NCBI RefSeq assembly: GCF_018977255.1
Contig: NW_024704743.1
Location: 11,844,001-11,908,000, forward strand
DNA: 64,000 nucleotides
Origin: Callorhinchus milii
Lineage: Eukaryota
Direction of reading: 5' to 3'
In this document: one piece after another, positions 12,714 through 24,493 of the stretch
Position numbering within the stretch: the stretch's first letter is position 1
Layout: the number at the start of each line of letters is the position of its first letter
Notes under the pieces: model-generated
Told to the model about the DNA's origin: nothing
The model's database searches: none
The model's input: only the letters and a program-made list of their open reading frames with translations
Position numbers and translations under genes: made by a program

Positions 12714-13926
12714 GCAAATGTCAAATTGCTTTCCAAAGGATACCATTCAATCATGTTTTACTTTTGGCAATATTGTATTACCCACTAGATGACCAATGTT
12801 TCTTAGAAGAAAAGTTACAATTTGAACAATGTCAAAACATTTGGGGAAAAAATCCTTTTACTCTGGATTTAAAAACACAACAATGTACTGTAACTTGACA
12901 TGTTACTCAACAGATACAAAAAAAGGAATACAATAGTTTGCTGGAAACAGGGCAAAGATTTGAGAGGAATGTAGTAATAGAACGATAATAGATGATAGAG
13001 CAAAGATTATTATCAACCCCAAACAATCTCTCAATGATGTGCCAATTCTGATGCTTCATGTGGGAGACTTAAAATCTCATGAAGGTAAAGGAGGTGTACA
13101 TGCTTATGTGTGAAATTGTTAATCAGTTCATGGATACTGAATGTAAGTTCAAGAGAGGTTCGGATGAAAAAGGCGATTTGATCTCTTCGTTTGGTCATGC
13201 TTAAGAGTATCGAAACCAAGGTGAGAATTTCATGCATATAATAAACCTCGCATCCCACCTACACATGAAAATTCTAGAGATACATTTTTAAAATGGAATA
13301 AGCACTCTGTTCCTGGAGGGACACATTCTGTTTGCCTAATTCCGGAAATTCCCCTACCCGATAGGGCTTTGGGTTGCAGGATTATCAGGTGCCCCCAGTG
13401 ACCGATCTCATCCTTCCAGAATGCCCAACCATCCTCCCAATATAGTATCAAGCTATTTCTTAAATAAGTCCAGTTTTCTTGGTTCTAGCTTGGTAACCCA
13501 TTTCAGATGTTGGTTATCCTCTGTGCGCAGAAATACTTCTTGATGTCTATCTTATAAAGAATAATTATCTTTGCATTTGAGTGCAGCGTCGGTTCGACAG
13601 GAGGGTGATTTTATGCGGCCCAAGACCATTTCCACTCCCTTCCCCGGTGAACCTCCTCCCAGGGCAGTGGCAGGAGCCGACGGTTGGGAGAATGCAGCAC
13701 ACAGAGCCTTTACTGCAGTCTGTCAGGAAGGCAAGTGCATCACTTACCATCCACGTCCTGAGCAACTAACCACCAGGTCCTGCCACTGCAGATAGTGACC
13801 CGCACTTGGCAGAGAAATTGGGAGAGAGAGGGATTGAGACAGTGGTAAGAAGGGAGGTGGGGGGAGAAAGGGGGGAGGGAAGAGAAGAGGGCGAGAGAGA
13901 GGAAGGGCGGTGAGTAGGGGGAAGAG

Positions 13927-14070
13927 GAACAACAACAACAACTTGGATTTATATAGCGGCCTCCACACTGGAAGGGTCTCAGAGCGCTTCACAGTAACAG
14001 ATCCTGGGGCCGAGCCAGGGGAGGGGGGGAAGGTGACCAAAGGCACGGTCGAAAAGAAAGGTCTTCAGCA
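13927..14070 (-). mobile_element. Short L2 3' tail fragment
   Basis: (AAC)n tail followed by L2 3'-end sequence. Confidence 0.75.
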
Positions 14071-14380
14071 GGAGGGAAGGGGGAGAGAGAGGAGGGTGAG
14101 AGTGTGTGGAGAGGGTCAAGGGAGAGGGGCGGAATGTGTACATGTGTGAGAGGTAATAAAGGGGGAATGAGAGACAGAGACTGTGATAGAGTGATTGAGA
14201 GGGAGAGCAGAGAGATTGAGCGAGAGTGTAAGAGAAGGAGAGTTTGAGCGAGAGTGTGAGTGTGGGAGGGAGTGAATGTGAGGAAGAGAGAAATAAACAA
14301 GGGGGAGTTGAGATAGGGTGATTGAGAGAGTTTGTGAGGGGATAGAGAGAGAGTGTGTGGGAGAGAATGTGATTGGGAGA

Positions 14381-16368
14381 GGGGGGAGACAGTGATCGGA
14401 GTGGAGAAGGGGAGACAGTGATGGGGGTGGGGGGTAGAGACAGTGATGGGGTGGGGGGGTGGAGACTGGTGGGGTGGGGGGTGGAGACAGTGGTGGGGTG
14501 GAGGGGAAGAGACAGTGATGGGGGTGGAGGGGGGGGAGATAGTGATGGGGGTGGAGGGGGGGAGATAGTGATAGGAGGGGTGGAGTTGGGGAGATAGTGA
14601 TGGGGTGGAGGAGGGGAGAGTGATGGGAGGGGTGTAGGGGGGGAGATAGTGATGGGGTAGAGGGGGGAAGACAGTGATGGGGGTGGGGTGTGGAGGGGGG
14701 AGATAGTGATGGGGGTGGAGGGGGGAGACTATGATGGGGTGGAGAGGGGGAGACGGTGATGGGGGGGTAGATAGTGATGGGGTGGAGTGGGGGAGACAGT
14801 GATGGGGGTGGGGTGTGGAGGGGGGGAGATAGTGATGGGGTGGAGGGGGGGAGACAGTGATGAGGGTAGAGGGGGGGAAACAGTGATGGGGGTGGAGGGG
14901 AGTAGACAGTGATGGGGGTGGGGTGTGGAGGGGGGAGATAGTGATGGGGGTGGGGTGTGGAGGGGGGGAGATAGTGATGGGTGTGGAGGGGGGAGACAGT
15001 GATGGGGGTGGAGAGGGGGAGATGGTGATGGGGGTGGAGGGGGGTAGATAGTGATGGGGGTGGGGTGTGGAGGGGGGGGGACAGTGATGGGGGTGGAGGG
15101 GGGGTAGACAGTGTTGGGGGTGGAGTGGGGGTAGACAGTGTTGGGGGTGGAGGGGGGGAGACGGTGATGGGGGTGGAGGGGGGGAGACGGTGATGGGGGT
15201 GGATGGTGGAGGGGGGAGATAGTGATGGGGGTGGAAGGGGGAGACAGTGGTGGGGGTGGAGAGGGGGAGGCGGTGATGGGGGTGGAGAGGGAGAGATGGT
15301 GATGGGGGTGGAGGGGGCGAGATAGTGATGGGGGTGGGGTGTGGAGGGGGGGAGATAGTGATGGGGGTGGAGGGGGGAGACAGTGATGGGGTGGAAAGGG
15401 GAGACAGTGATGTGGTTGGCTTGTGGAGGGGGTGAGATAGTGATGGGGGTGGAGAGGTGGAGATGGTGATGGGGGTGGAGGGGGAAGACTGATGGGGGTG
15501 GAGTGGGGGAGACGGTGATGGGGTGGAGAGGGGGAGACGGTGATGGGGCTGGAGGGGGGAGACGGTGATGGTGGTGGAGGGGGAGATTGATGTGGGTGGA
15601 GGGGGGGAGATAGCGATGGGGATGGAGGAGGTAGATAGTGATGGGGGTGGAGGGGGGGAGATAGTGATGGGGTGGGGTGGGGGAGACAGTGATGGGGGTG
15701 GGGTGTAGTGGGGGGAGATAGTGATGAGGGTGGAGGGGGTAAACAGTGATGGGGGTGGAGGGGGGTAGACAGTGATGGGGGTGAGGTGTGGAGGGGGGGA
15801 TACAGTGATGGGGTGGAGGGGGGGAGACAGTGATGGGGGTGGGGTGTGGAGGGGGGAGATAGTGATGGGGGTGGAGAGGGGGGACGGTGATGGGGGTGGA
15901 GTGGGGGAGATGGTGATGGGGGTGGGAGACAGTGATGAGGATGGAGGGGGGAGACGGTGATGGGGGTGGAGTGGAGAGACAGTGATGGGGGTGGAGAGGG
16001 GGAGACGGTGATGGGGGTGGAGTGGGGGAGATGGTGATGGGGGTGGAGGTGGTGAGGCGGTGATGGGGGTGGAGGGGGGAGACTGATGGGGTTGGAGGGG
16101 GGGAGATACTGATGGGGATGGTGGGGGTAGATAGTGATGGGGGTGGAGGGGGGGAGATAGTGATGGGGCTGGAGGTGGAAGGTGGGAGATAGTGATGGGG
16201 GTGGAGGTGGAAGGTGGGAGATAGTGATGGGGGTGGAGGTGGAAGGTGGGAGATAGTGATGGGGGTGGAGGTGGAAGGGGGGAGATAGTGATGTGGGTGG
16301 AGGTGGAAAGGGGGAGATAGTGATGGGGGTGGAGGTGGAAAGGGGGAGATAGTGATGGGAGTGGAGAG
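14381..16368 (+). repeat. G-rich minisatellite, about 2 kb, unit about 24-31 bp (GAGA[C/T]AGTGATGGGGGTGGAGGGGG)
   Basis: Directly visible tandem array with variant units. Confidence 0.97.
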
Positions 16369-16464
16369 GAAAGAGAAAGTGTGAGAAGGGGTGTGAGAGA
16401 GAGTAATTGAGAGAGAGAGTGCATGTGAGAGAAGGAGAGTGTCTGAGATAGAAGGGGGAGGGAG

Positions 16465-16935
16465 AGTGTCCTCCCACTCCCTGCCCCCCTCCCCCTCTCT
16501 GTTCCCCCTTTTCTGTCCGCCTCTTCCTCTTCTCTTTTCCCCTCTCCATCCCCCCTCTCCCCTCTTTCTCTTCCCTCTCCCCCCTCTCCAGAGGTCTCCC
16601 CGCTCTCTCCCCCCATCCTCTCTCTCCCCACATCCTCTCTGTCCCCCCTCCTCTCTCCCCCCCATCTTCTCTCCATCCCCCTTCTCTCTCCCCCATCTTC
16701 TCTCCCTCCCCCCTCTCTCTCCCCTTCCCCCTGGTGGCTCTCTACCCCATTTTCTCTCTCCCTCCCCCCTCCTTCCTCCACCCTCCCCCTCCTCTCTCCC
16801 ACTTCTCCCTCCCCCTCTCTCTCCCCCCACTCCACCTCTCTCCCCATCCCCCTCTCCCCCCATCTCTCTCCGCCCCACTCTCTCTCTTCCTCCCCCCACC
16901 CCTTTCTCCCCCACCTTTCTCCCAATCTCTCTCTC
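16465..16935 (+). repeat. Polypyrimidine (CT-rich) low-complexity tract
   Basis: Almost only C/T on the + strand. Confidence 0.9.
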
Positions 16936-17545
16936 AAGTGTGGATCACTATCTGCAGTGGCAGGAGCTGGTGGTTAGTTGCTCAGGACGTGGTTGGTAAG
17001 AGATGCACTTGCCTTCCTCACAGCTCTGTTTTCTGCGTCCTCCCGACCGCTGGCTCCTGCCTCTGCCCTGGGTGGACATTCACCAGGGAGGGAGAGAGCG
17101 GGTTGGAATGTTGGCAATGGTCTGGGCTGGCCCACGCTGGATGTGGCTGGCGGACCTTTTTCTCTAGGGAATGCAGCCCGTGGCAGCCAAAAGGTTGGAC
17201 CACCCTGGTATAGTGCATTATCAGGTCATTGAGATGTCTCAAAGTGCTTCACAATATACTGTAAAGTGAATTGACTGTGTATTTTGTGGGCGAAACGCAG
17301 CAGGCAATTGCGCACAGCGAAGGGATTATTACCGCTGGAAAAGTGATCCACCAATCAACTAACACCCAAGTTCTTACTTACTGCTGTGTAAGCAGAGGTG
17401 TATGGAGTAAGGAAACTTACCTGAGGTTTCACCCTGCCGGGAATAGAACCCAGGTCCTCTCACTTGCTAGGCGAGTGCTTAACAAATACGCTACCTTCAA
17501 ACTTGATCTTAAAATTGCCCGACACAACTCGAAACTAGTCACCTG

Positions 17546-17980
17546 AACAACAACAACTTGCATTTATTTAGCATTCTTCACGTGGGGTAGCCCGTAGCTC
17601 TTGACAGTGGCAGAGTCTGACCTCGAGCCAGGGAGAGGGAGTAGGGAGGTCACCATAAGCATGATCAAAAAGGAAGGTTTGTAGGCAGGATTTGAAAGTG
17701 GGGAGGGAGTTGAGGGAGGGAGTTCCAGAGCTTTGGGGTGTAGTGGCTGAAAGTACAGCCGACAATGGTGGAGCAGAGGGGATGAGGGACAAACAGGTGA
17801 CCAGAGCAAGCCGAGCAGAGGCAGCGGGTGATAAGTGGGGGGTAAGCAGGTCGAACAGCTAGGGAGGTACGAGGGCATGAAGGGATTTGGAAATGAGTAA
17901 GAGGATCTTGAAGTTGATCCATTTGGTAATTGGGAGCCAGTGCAGCACAGCGAGGACTGGTGTGAAGGGGTGATACTCAC
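17546..17980 (-). mobile_element. Older L2 3' fragment (second subfamily)
   Basis: (AAC)n-TTGCATTTAT tail; CSTIVGCTFSHYTPKLWNSLP. Confidence 0.8.
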
Positions 17981-20789
17981 AAGTGAGTATTGCTCTGCGT
18001 TTACTTTCTGGATCCCAATTAATATTTTATATACATTGATCGTATTCTCTCTAAGACATCTCTTTTCAAAGTTCTGTTTAGTTGGACGTTAAAGATCCCC
18101 ATGGCACTATTCGAGAAGAGAATTCCTCCCGATGTCCTGATAAAATTGGTCATTTACGTTTGTGGGGTATTGCTGTGAGAAAATTGTCTGTTGCATTCAT
18201 CTACAAAAATACAGTCACTGCACTATGACAGTAAAAAAAATCTTGTGAATTGCTTTGAAGCAATCATCGGGATGCTCTATATAAAATGCAATGTAATTAT
18301 TATTATTGTCATGTACAATTTCTTATGCAGTATGCTCGTTGCATTTTAATTCTTGTACGTAAGATTTCTTCCCTGCTGGTGTGTGACTTGCTAGCTTCTG
18401 CTAACAGCTCAATAAATATTTTCTTCTTAAAAAAAGCACCACTACTCCTCCAATAATCTAATGGGTAAAGGTTACCACCCAACATAGCATGAATTCACTA
18501 ATCTACAGTTTCTTGTCATGATCTTTGTTGAACTGATCTCAGCCAGGACAGCAAGTAGAGCATCATTATTATAATAATCCTTGCATTTGAATATAGTGCC
18601 TTATCGCATCATCGAAATATCTCAAAGCGCTTCACAGAATATACTCTGACTAATATTTTGTGGGCGAAACCCGGCAGCCATTTTACCAACAGCAATGACC
18701 CACAATCAACCATGGAGTGAGTGACCTATTTTATTTGGGGGATTGTTGGCCAAGACACTGGGAGAAACTCCCTTCTCTATTCGAATAGTGCCATGGGATC
18801 TTTAACGTCCACCTAGACAGGTAGATGGGTCCTCAGTGTAACATCTCATCTGAAAGACGGCACCTCCAACAATGCAATATAATAATAATGATAATAATCC
18901 TTGCATTTGATATAGCGTCTTACCGCATCTTAGAGACGTCCCAAAGCACTTAACAGAATATATGTAACATACTCCAGCAGTGCAGTTGAGTGTCAGCTTA
19001 GATTATATAAATTCAAGTCTCGAAATGGGTCTTGAACCCACAACCTTCTGACTGTTGACGACCGCCCAGCTAACTTAAATCATCGGCAGAACTTGGAAGG
19101 GCAGACCAGTCATTGGGGCATGGAGACATCCCACTCAGCTCATGTTAACCCTGCAAGCCAAAGCTCTAATGGGTAGGGTAATAGGGAAGCTCTCAATGGT
19201 AAGTTATGCATTTTTTAGCTGGTTGAACCCGAATATACACTCTGTGGTCCCAATGCTTTGGCCCTCGCCAACCTGCGCCTAATATTCTCCAAATTGCGGA
19301 GGCAGAGTGCATCTCTTCAGGGAGAGAGTACACATTCCATTAGTAGGTGGCAAACATACAACATAAAGGCGCCAGCTACCCAGGCCCTAGAGGAAGTGCA
19401 GAGGAAATCAACGAGGATGATGTTAGAGGAATAAGTTTGAGCAACGATTAGACAAGTGATGGCTTTTCAGTTTTTAGAGTTGTAAAGGGCAACTTCAGAA
19501 CAGATACTTGGAAGCTTTCCTTTCATCAGAATGTAATCATCGATTGGAACAGGAAAGGTGGTAGAGGCCAGGACACTAGACTGATTTAAAAATCAGCTTG
19601 ATTGTGAATGGGGTGGGGAGTGTCGGGGGTGTCCTGGAAGGATGAGATCGAATGAGCCAAGGGACTTCTTCATCCAAACCGATATTGTGATCTTGTGACA
19701 TGTGGATGTCTCAGCTTGGTTTGGATACTCATACCCAAGGCGATGGATTTATGCTTGTGTTGGACAAGCTGACCAAAAACAAAGCATTTTGATTTGCAGT
19801 AGCTATTAGTGTGAATTGAACTTTTTGGAGACATTAAAACTATGTCACTCCCAAAAATTGCTGTCCATTGCTTTTGCAATTTTTTTTTACATACTCGTAG
19901 AGACGTAGAAAGTATTAAATAGACATAGAAGCGAATGACCAATTTTATCTGGGGGACTGTGAGCAAGGACACTGGGAAAAACTCCCTTCTCTTTTTGAAT
20001 AGTCCATGAGATCTTTAACATCTACCTGAACAGGCCCAGATGGTACCTCAGTTTAATGTCAAATCTGAAGTACATACATAGTGGGGAGAAATATTGGGCA
20101 AGTTTCCTTACTCCGCACGCTTCTGTTTAACTAGCAGTAACCAGGAACTCGGTTGTTAGTTGATTGACAGATCACTTTTCTGGACGTAATATTCCCTGGA
20201 AATACATACGGACAGACAGGCAGGCAGACAGAGAGACAGATTGATTAATTTGGTCAGTCAATCCATGACTGTTTGTAGGCTATTAGCTGCCACTTTTCGC
20301 CCACAAAATATACAGTCAATTCACTTCAGAGCATATTCTGTGAAGCGCTTTGAGACATGTCGAAAACTTGATGAGACGCTATATCAAATGCAAGGATTAT
20401 TATTTATTATTATTTGGACTTCAGAGAGAAGAGGATTCGGTTCAGTTTCACAGTTGAGTAGATGCCAACATTTACTCACTAGCTCCACACATGAAGTCTC
20501 GGCACTTGGGCAAAGCAACTACAAGCCAATTGATCCATATCCCAGCTGGAACCGCAATGGGAGAAAATAGAGAGGAGAAGAGGAAATAAAAGACACAGCT
20601 TAATGGAATGTTTGTTAGTGAACATTTGCAAACACACAATGATCTGACATTCATCATGTTGACACACATAAGTAAATAATTATATTCGTTGCATTTGATA
20701 TCAGGATGATGTCTCAAAGCACCATCCAGGATTTACTGTAAAAGTGTAGTTACTGTGCATTTTATAGGCATTGCTTCACTTGCACACAA

Positions 20790-21410
20790 AATCACAAGAT
20801 TGAAGAAGGACCATTGGTCCATCCAATTTCATCTTTGCAGAACATCCACCACCTGTCCCGCCCCTCCTGCAACACTGTTTTAAAAACTGAGTCCCAGTGT
20901 CCTCAACTACCTTTCTGAACAACCTGTTCCAGTCATTAATTACTCTCTGTGTAAAGAAAAACTTCCTAGTGACTGTCCTAAATTTTCCCATTGCAACTGT
21001 AAACCCATGTTTTGTTTTTCTGTCTTGGTGCTTCCTCAAGCATTGATCTAGGTTTACTTTTTCAATCCCATTTAATATTTTATACCGCTTTGAGGTCCCC
21101 TTTGAGTCATCTTCTCTCAAGACTGAAGAGCCCTAGTTCTTTGCTCGTACCCATTCTTCTAACACTGGGGAGAGTCCTCGCTGCTCTCCTCTATACTGCT
21201 TCTAGGGTCTGGGCAGCCCCATTGTGTCACAGTGACCGGAACTGTTTGCAGCAATCAAGGTGCAGTCTGACCAGAGCACTGTACAACAACAACAACATTT
21301 CATTTATAGAGCGCCTTTCACGTTGGGAGGACGTCCCAAGGCGCTGGACAGTTGGATCAGGACCCGAGCAGGGGGGAAATGGTCAGGGTGTACAGTATGA
21401 GCACGGTGAC
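20790..21410 (-). mobile_element. CR1 3' fragment containing a short L2 tail insertion (21286-21388)
   Basis: YKILNGIEKV..RKFFFTQRVINDWNRL; nested L2 tail flanked by TGTACA direct repeats. Confidence 0.8.
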
Positions 21411-21780
21411 TGGGCAAAGACGTGATAAGGCGCTATATCAAATGCAAGGTTTTTTATTATTATTATTAATATAGCATCCACACAATATTGCTGTGACAAA
21501 AATCCACAAACAGCTCTGTCTCCTTCCAACTCCTCTTGCCACCAAACCACACTTTATAGATGAAGACAAGTGTCCCTTTAAACTTGAGTCACAGAACACT
21601 TTATCTGCCAGCTGCGAAAATGCCTTGATCTTAATATAAAGAGAGGCTGTTCAGTAAACCTGGACTGCTTTCTAAGGAAGGAAGAGAAGACACAAAGAGG
21701 AAATAATGATGGTTAAGCTGGCAGCCATCAAGAGCATACTTTTGGCATGCTGTCCTTCACATTCTCTTTCCAGCAGAAGT

Positions 21781-22115
21781 GGAGTCCTGTAGTGTAGTGG
21801 TTAGCACGCTCGTCTTGCAGTGAGAGGACCAGGGTTTGATTCCTGGACAGGGTGAAACTTAGGCAAGATTCCTTACTCCAACGCTTTCTACCTAGCAGGA
21901 ATAGGAACCGAGTTGTAATTATTCCTTTCCAGGGGTAATTATCCCTTCAAAAAAAAGAGTTGCTCAATCCACTGCTGTTTGTGGGACACTGCTATACGTA
22001 ATTGGCTGCTGAGTTTCGCCCACAATCTACTTTACATTATATTTTGCAAAGTACTTTGAGGTGTCTCAACAACGTGATAAGACGCTATATCAAATGCAAG
22101 GATTATTATTATTAT
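21781..22115 (+). mobile_element. Near full-length tRNA-derived SINE (family A)
   Basis: GGAGTCCTGTAGTGTAGTGG head, GGTTTGATTCC B box, (ATT)n tail. Confidence 0.9.
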
Positions 22116-22169
22116 ATATTCTATTGGTTGCTCTCCTCTGCATTGCCTCAAGAACCTGGGTGCCTCCCC

Positions 22170-22680
22170 CACCTCCTCTTGTTATATCAGCCAGAATATT
22201 GCACAGTGCACCAGGTGTGAACTGATCAGAACACTGTACAGCTTGAGAATGGCTTCTGGGGAACTGAACTCAAATGAACTGGCAATGTAGCTCAGCATCC
22301 TGTTTGTCTTGTTTATTCCTGCTTCATGTGGTTTGGGCATTAAGAGCAATGAGTCAATTAGCACCCCTAGGTCTCTTTCTGCTTTCCCTTTGGCAGGTTC
22401 TGTCCCATCCCATTAAGCACACATGCCCCCTATTTTCACTTCCAATATAGGCCTTATGTTTATTCATCCGATTTGGATTTAATTTGCCAGTGATGCATGC
22501 TCTCTGGCTCTGTTTGTAAGTTTGTGAATGTCTTCTTTAATTCCACAGTTCTTCCTAATGTGGGAATGTCTGCAAAGTTAGGTATGAGTCTGTGAATCCA
22601 GGTCATTTATGTATACTAGGAATAGGAGGGTGTCCCAATGTGGACTCTTAAGGAACTCCATTCAGTTCCCACTTTTCATT
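22170..22680 (-). mobile_element. Old CR1 ORF2 fragment
   Basis: NKTNRMLSYI..ILKLYSVLISSHLVHCAIFW resembles the CR1 post-RT region. Confidence 0.65.
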
Positions 22681-24075
22681 TCAACCTGATTCCCCTTCCC
22701 TTTATCCTCATCAATAATAAATAATAATCCTTGCATTTGATATAGTGCCTGGTCATGTCATAGAGGCATCGCAAACTACCTCACAAATTATATTGCGAGA
22801 GGATTGACTGTCTATTTTGTGGCCCACAAACAGTCGTGGATTAAGAACATAAGAATATAAGAAATTCTAGACAATAAAAAGACCAAGGTCCATCTAGTTC
22901 ACCTTCCACCTTCCTGGCTGTCACATACACTACCTATGTAGTATATCCCATAGTGTTATTTCCTAAAAGAAAACTATCTAATCTGTGTTCGAAGGAATGA
23001 ACACTTCTTGCTTCAACCTAGGGAGCTTGTTCCACAGTTTACTATTTGCTCACTGAAATAGTGTTTCCATAGATCTGAATTTACCTCCTTCAATCATAGG
23101 CTGTGTCCTCTGGTTTTACTATTCTGGGCAAGTTGGAACAGCCTGTCATGATCTACAATGAATCACCAAAAATTTTTGGCAGGGATTTTTACCCATGGAA
23201 AGCGATACGCCAGTTGACTAACAACCGTGTTCCTACTTACTGCTAAGTAAACAAAGGTGTGTGGAGTAAGGAAACTTGACTAAGGTTTTGCCCACCCCCC
23301 CTTCCCGAGAATCAAACCATGATGCTACAGGACTCCACAAATTACTAATCCACAACCATATCTTACTCTTACGTTTACGGAAATACAACCGCAAGCTCGG
23401 ATAAAAACCCTCGACTGATTAGCACATTGGGATGTCCTCCCATAATAATCCTTACATTTAATATAGCAACTTTCATGTTGGGAGGATGTCTCAAAGTGCT
23501 TCACAGGATATAATACAAACTGTAATAACAGCATTTTTGTACGCCAGTGTGACAGCCAATTTGCACACAGAGATGTCCCACAAACAGCCATGAAGTAAAT
23601 GACAAATTTTATCTGGGGGATTGGTTGTCTTTGATACCCAGTGACACCAGTCTGAAAACGAATCTCTCATGTGCTTCTTTACCTGAAGCCTTTTGGAAGT
23701 TTAGGTTCTTTACATTACATGACTCTCTCCACTGTCAATTGTCATCTTCTCAAAAATAGTCTAGGAGATTGTTCAAACAAGATCTATCCTTTTTCTCCAA
23801 GATTACTGGGAGAAACTCCTCTTTCCAAGTAGTGCAATGGGATTTTGAACATACAATGCAATACAATACAAATTAAAATTTATACCGCGCCCTTCACATT
23901 GGGAGGAAGTCCTAAGGTGCTTGAACATCCACCTGAACAAGCAGATTTAAAAGTGTAGTTATTCAGCTGAAGGACGTTACCTCCAACGATGCAGCACAGC
24001 CCCAGCATCGAATTGGAGTTTCAGCCTAGACTGTATGAGCTCAGAGTTCTGACGTGGCGCTTGAACCCACAGTAC

Positions 24076-24493
24076 AACAACAACAACAACAAGATTTCAT
24101 TTATAGAGCGCCTTTCAAGTCGGGAGGACATCCCAAGGCGCTGTACAGTTGGGTCAGGACCCGAGCAAGGGGGAAATGGTCAGGGTGAGGGGGGGGGGGA
24201 AGGGAGGGAGCGAGGAGGTGGTAGAGAATCGAGAGGGGAGGTGAAGGCACGGTCAAAGAGAAAGGTCTTGAGACCGGCCTTGAAGGAGGAAAGGGAGGAG
24301 GCGGCGAAGGCACTGGGGGATGGAGTTCCAGAGCCAAGGGGCTGAGAGGCCACCGATGATAGGGCGGTTGGGGCGGGGGATGTGGAGCAGACCGGAGCCA
24401 GAGGAACGGAGGGTATGGGCAGGTAAGTAGGGGGATAGTAGGTCAGAGAGGTAGGAGGGAGCAAGGCCGTGAATGGCCTTGTAGGTGAGGATG
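24076..24493 (-). mobile_element. Young L2 3' fragment inserted into a family B SINE
   Basis: (AAC)n tail; ILTYKAIHGLAPSYLSDLL; ACAGTAC direct repeats at 24069-24075 and 24495-24501. Confidence 0.9.

Larger units (their letters stand above)
13603..17207. mobile_element. Large inverted-repeat (foldback-like) structure with a hAT-type terminus on the right
   Basis: Arms about 13624-13830 and 16916-17126 are reverse complements; the right end reads CAGGGTGGTCCAACCTTTT on the minus strand, like hAT/Charlie TIRs. Confidence 0.6.

Noticed and set aside
13031..13258. Possible coding exon on either strand (donor-like AAG|GTGAGA near 13220)
   Set aside because: No recognisable protein in any frame and no partner exons
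14381..16368. CRISPR-like repeat array
   Set aside because: Units are directly tandem with no unique spacers, there are no cas genes, and the DNA is vertebrate
13989..16937. Long minus-strand ORFs (982, 932 and 655 aa) rich in Pro/His/Thr/Ser
   Set aside because: All three frames are open because the C-rich strand of the minisatellite rarely contains stops; no domain or splice context
21781..21855. tRNA genes at SINE heads (also 30355, 36536, 57549)
   Set aside because: A and B boxes continue into SINE body and tail; copies are diverged and I could not fold a clean cloverleaf
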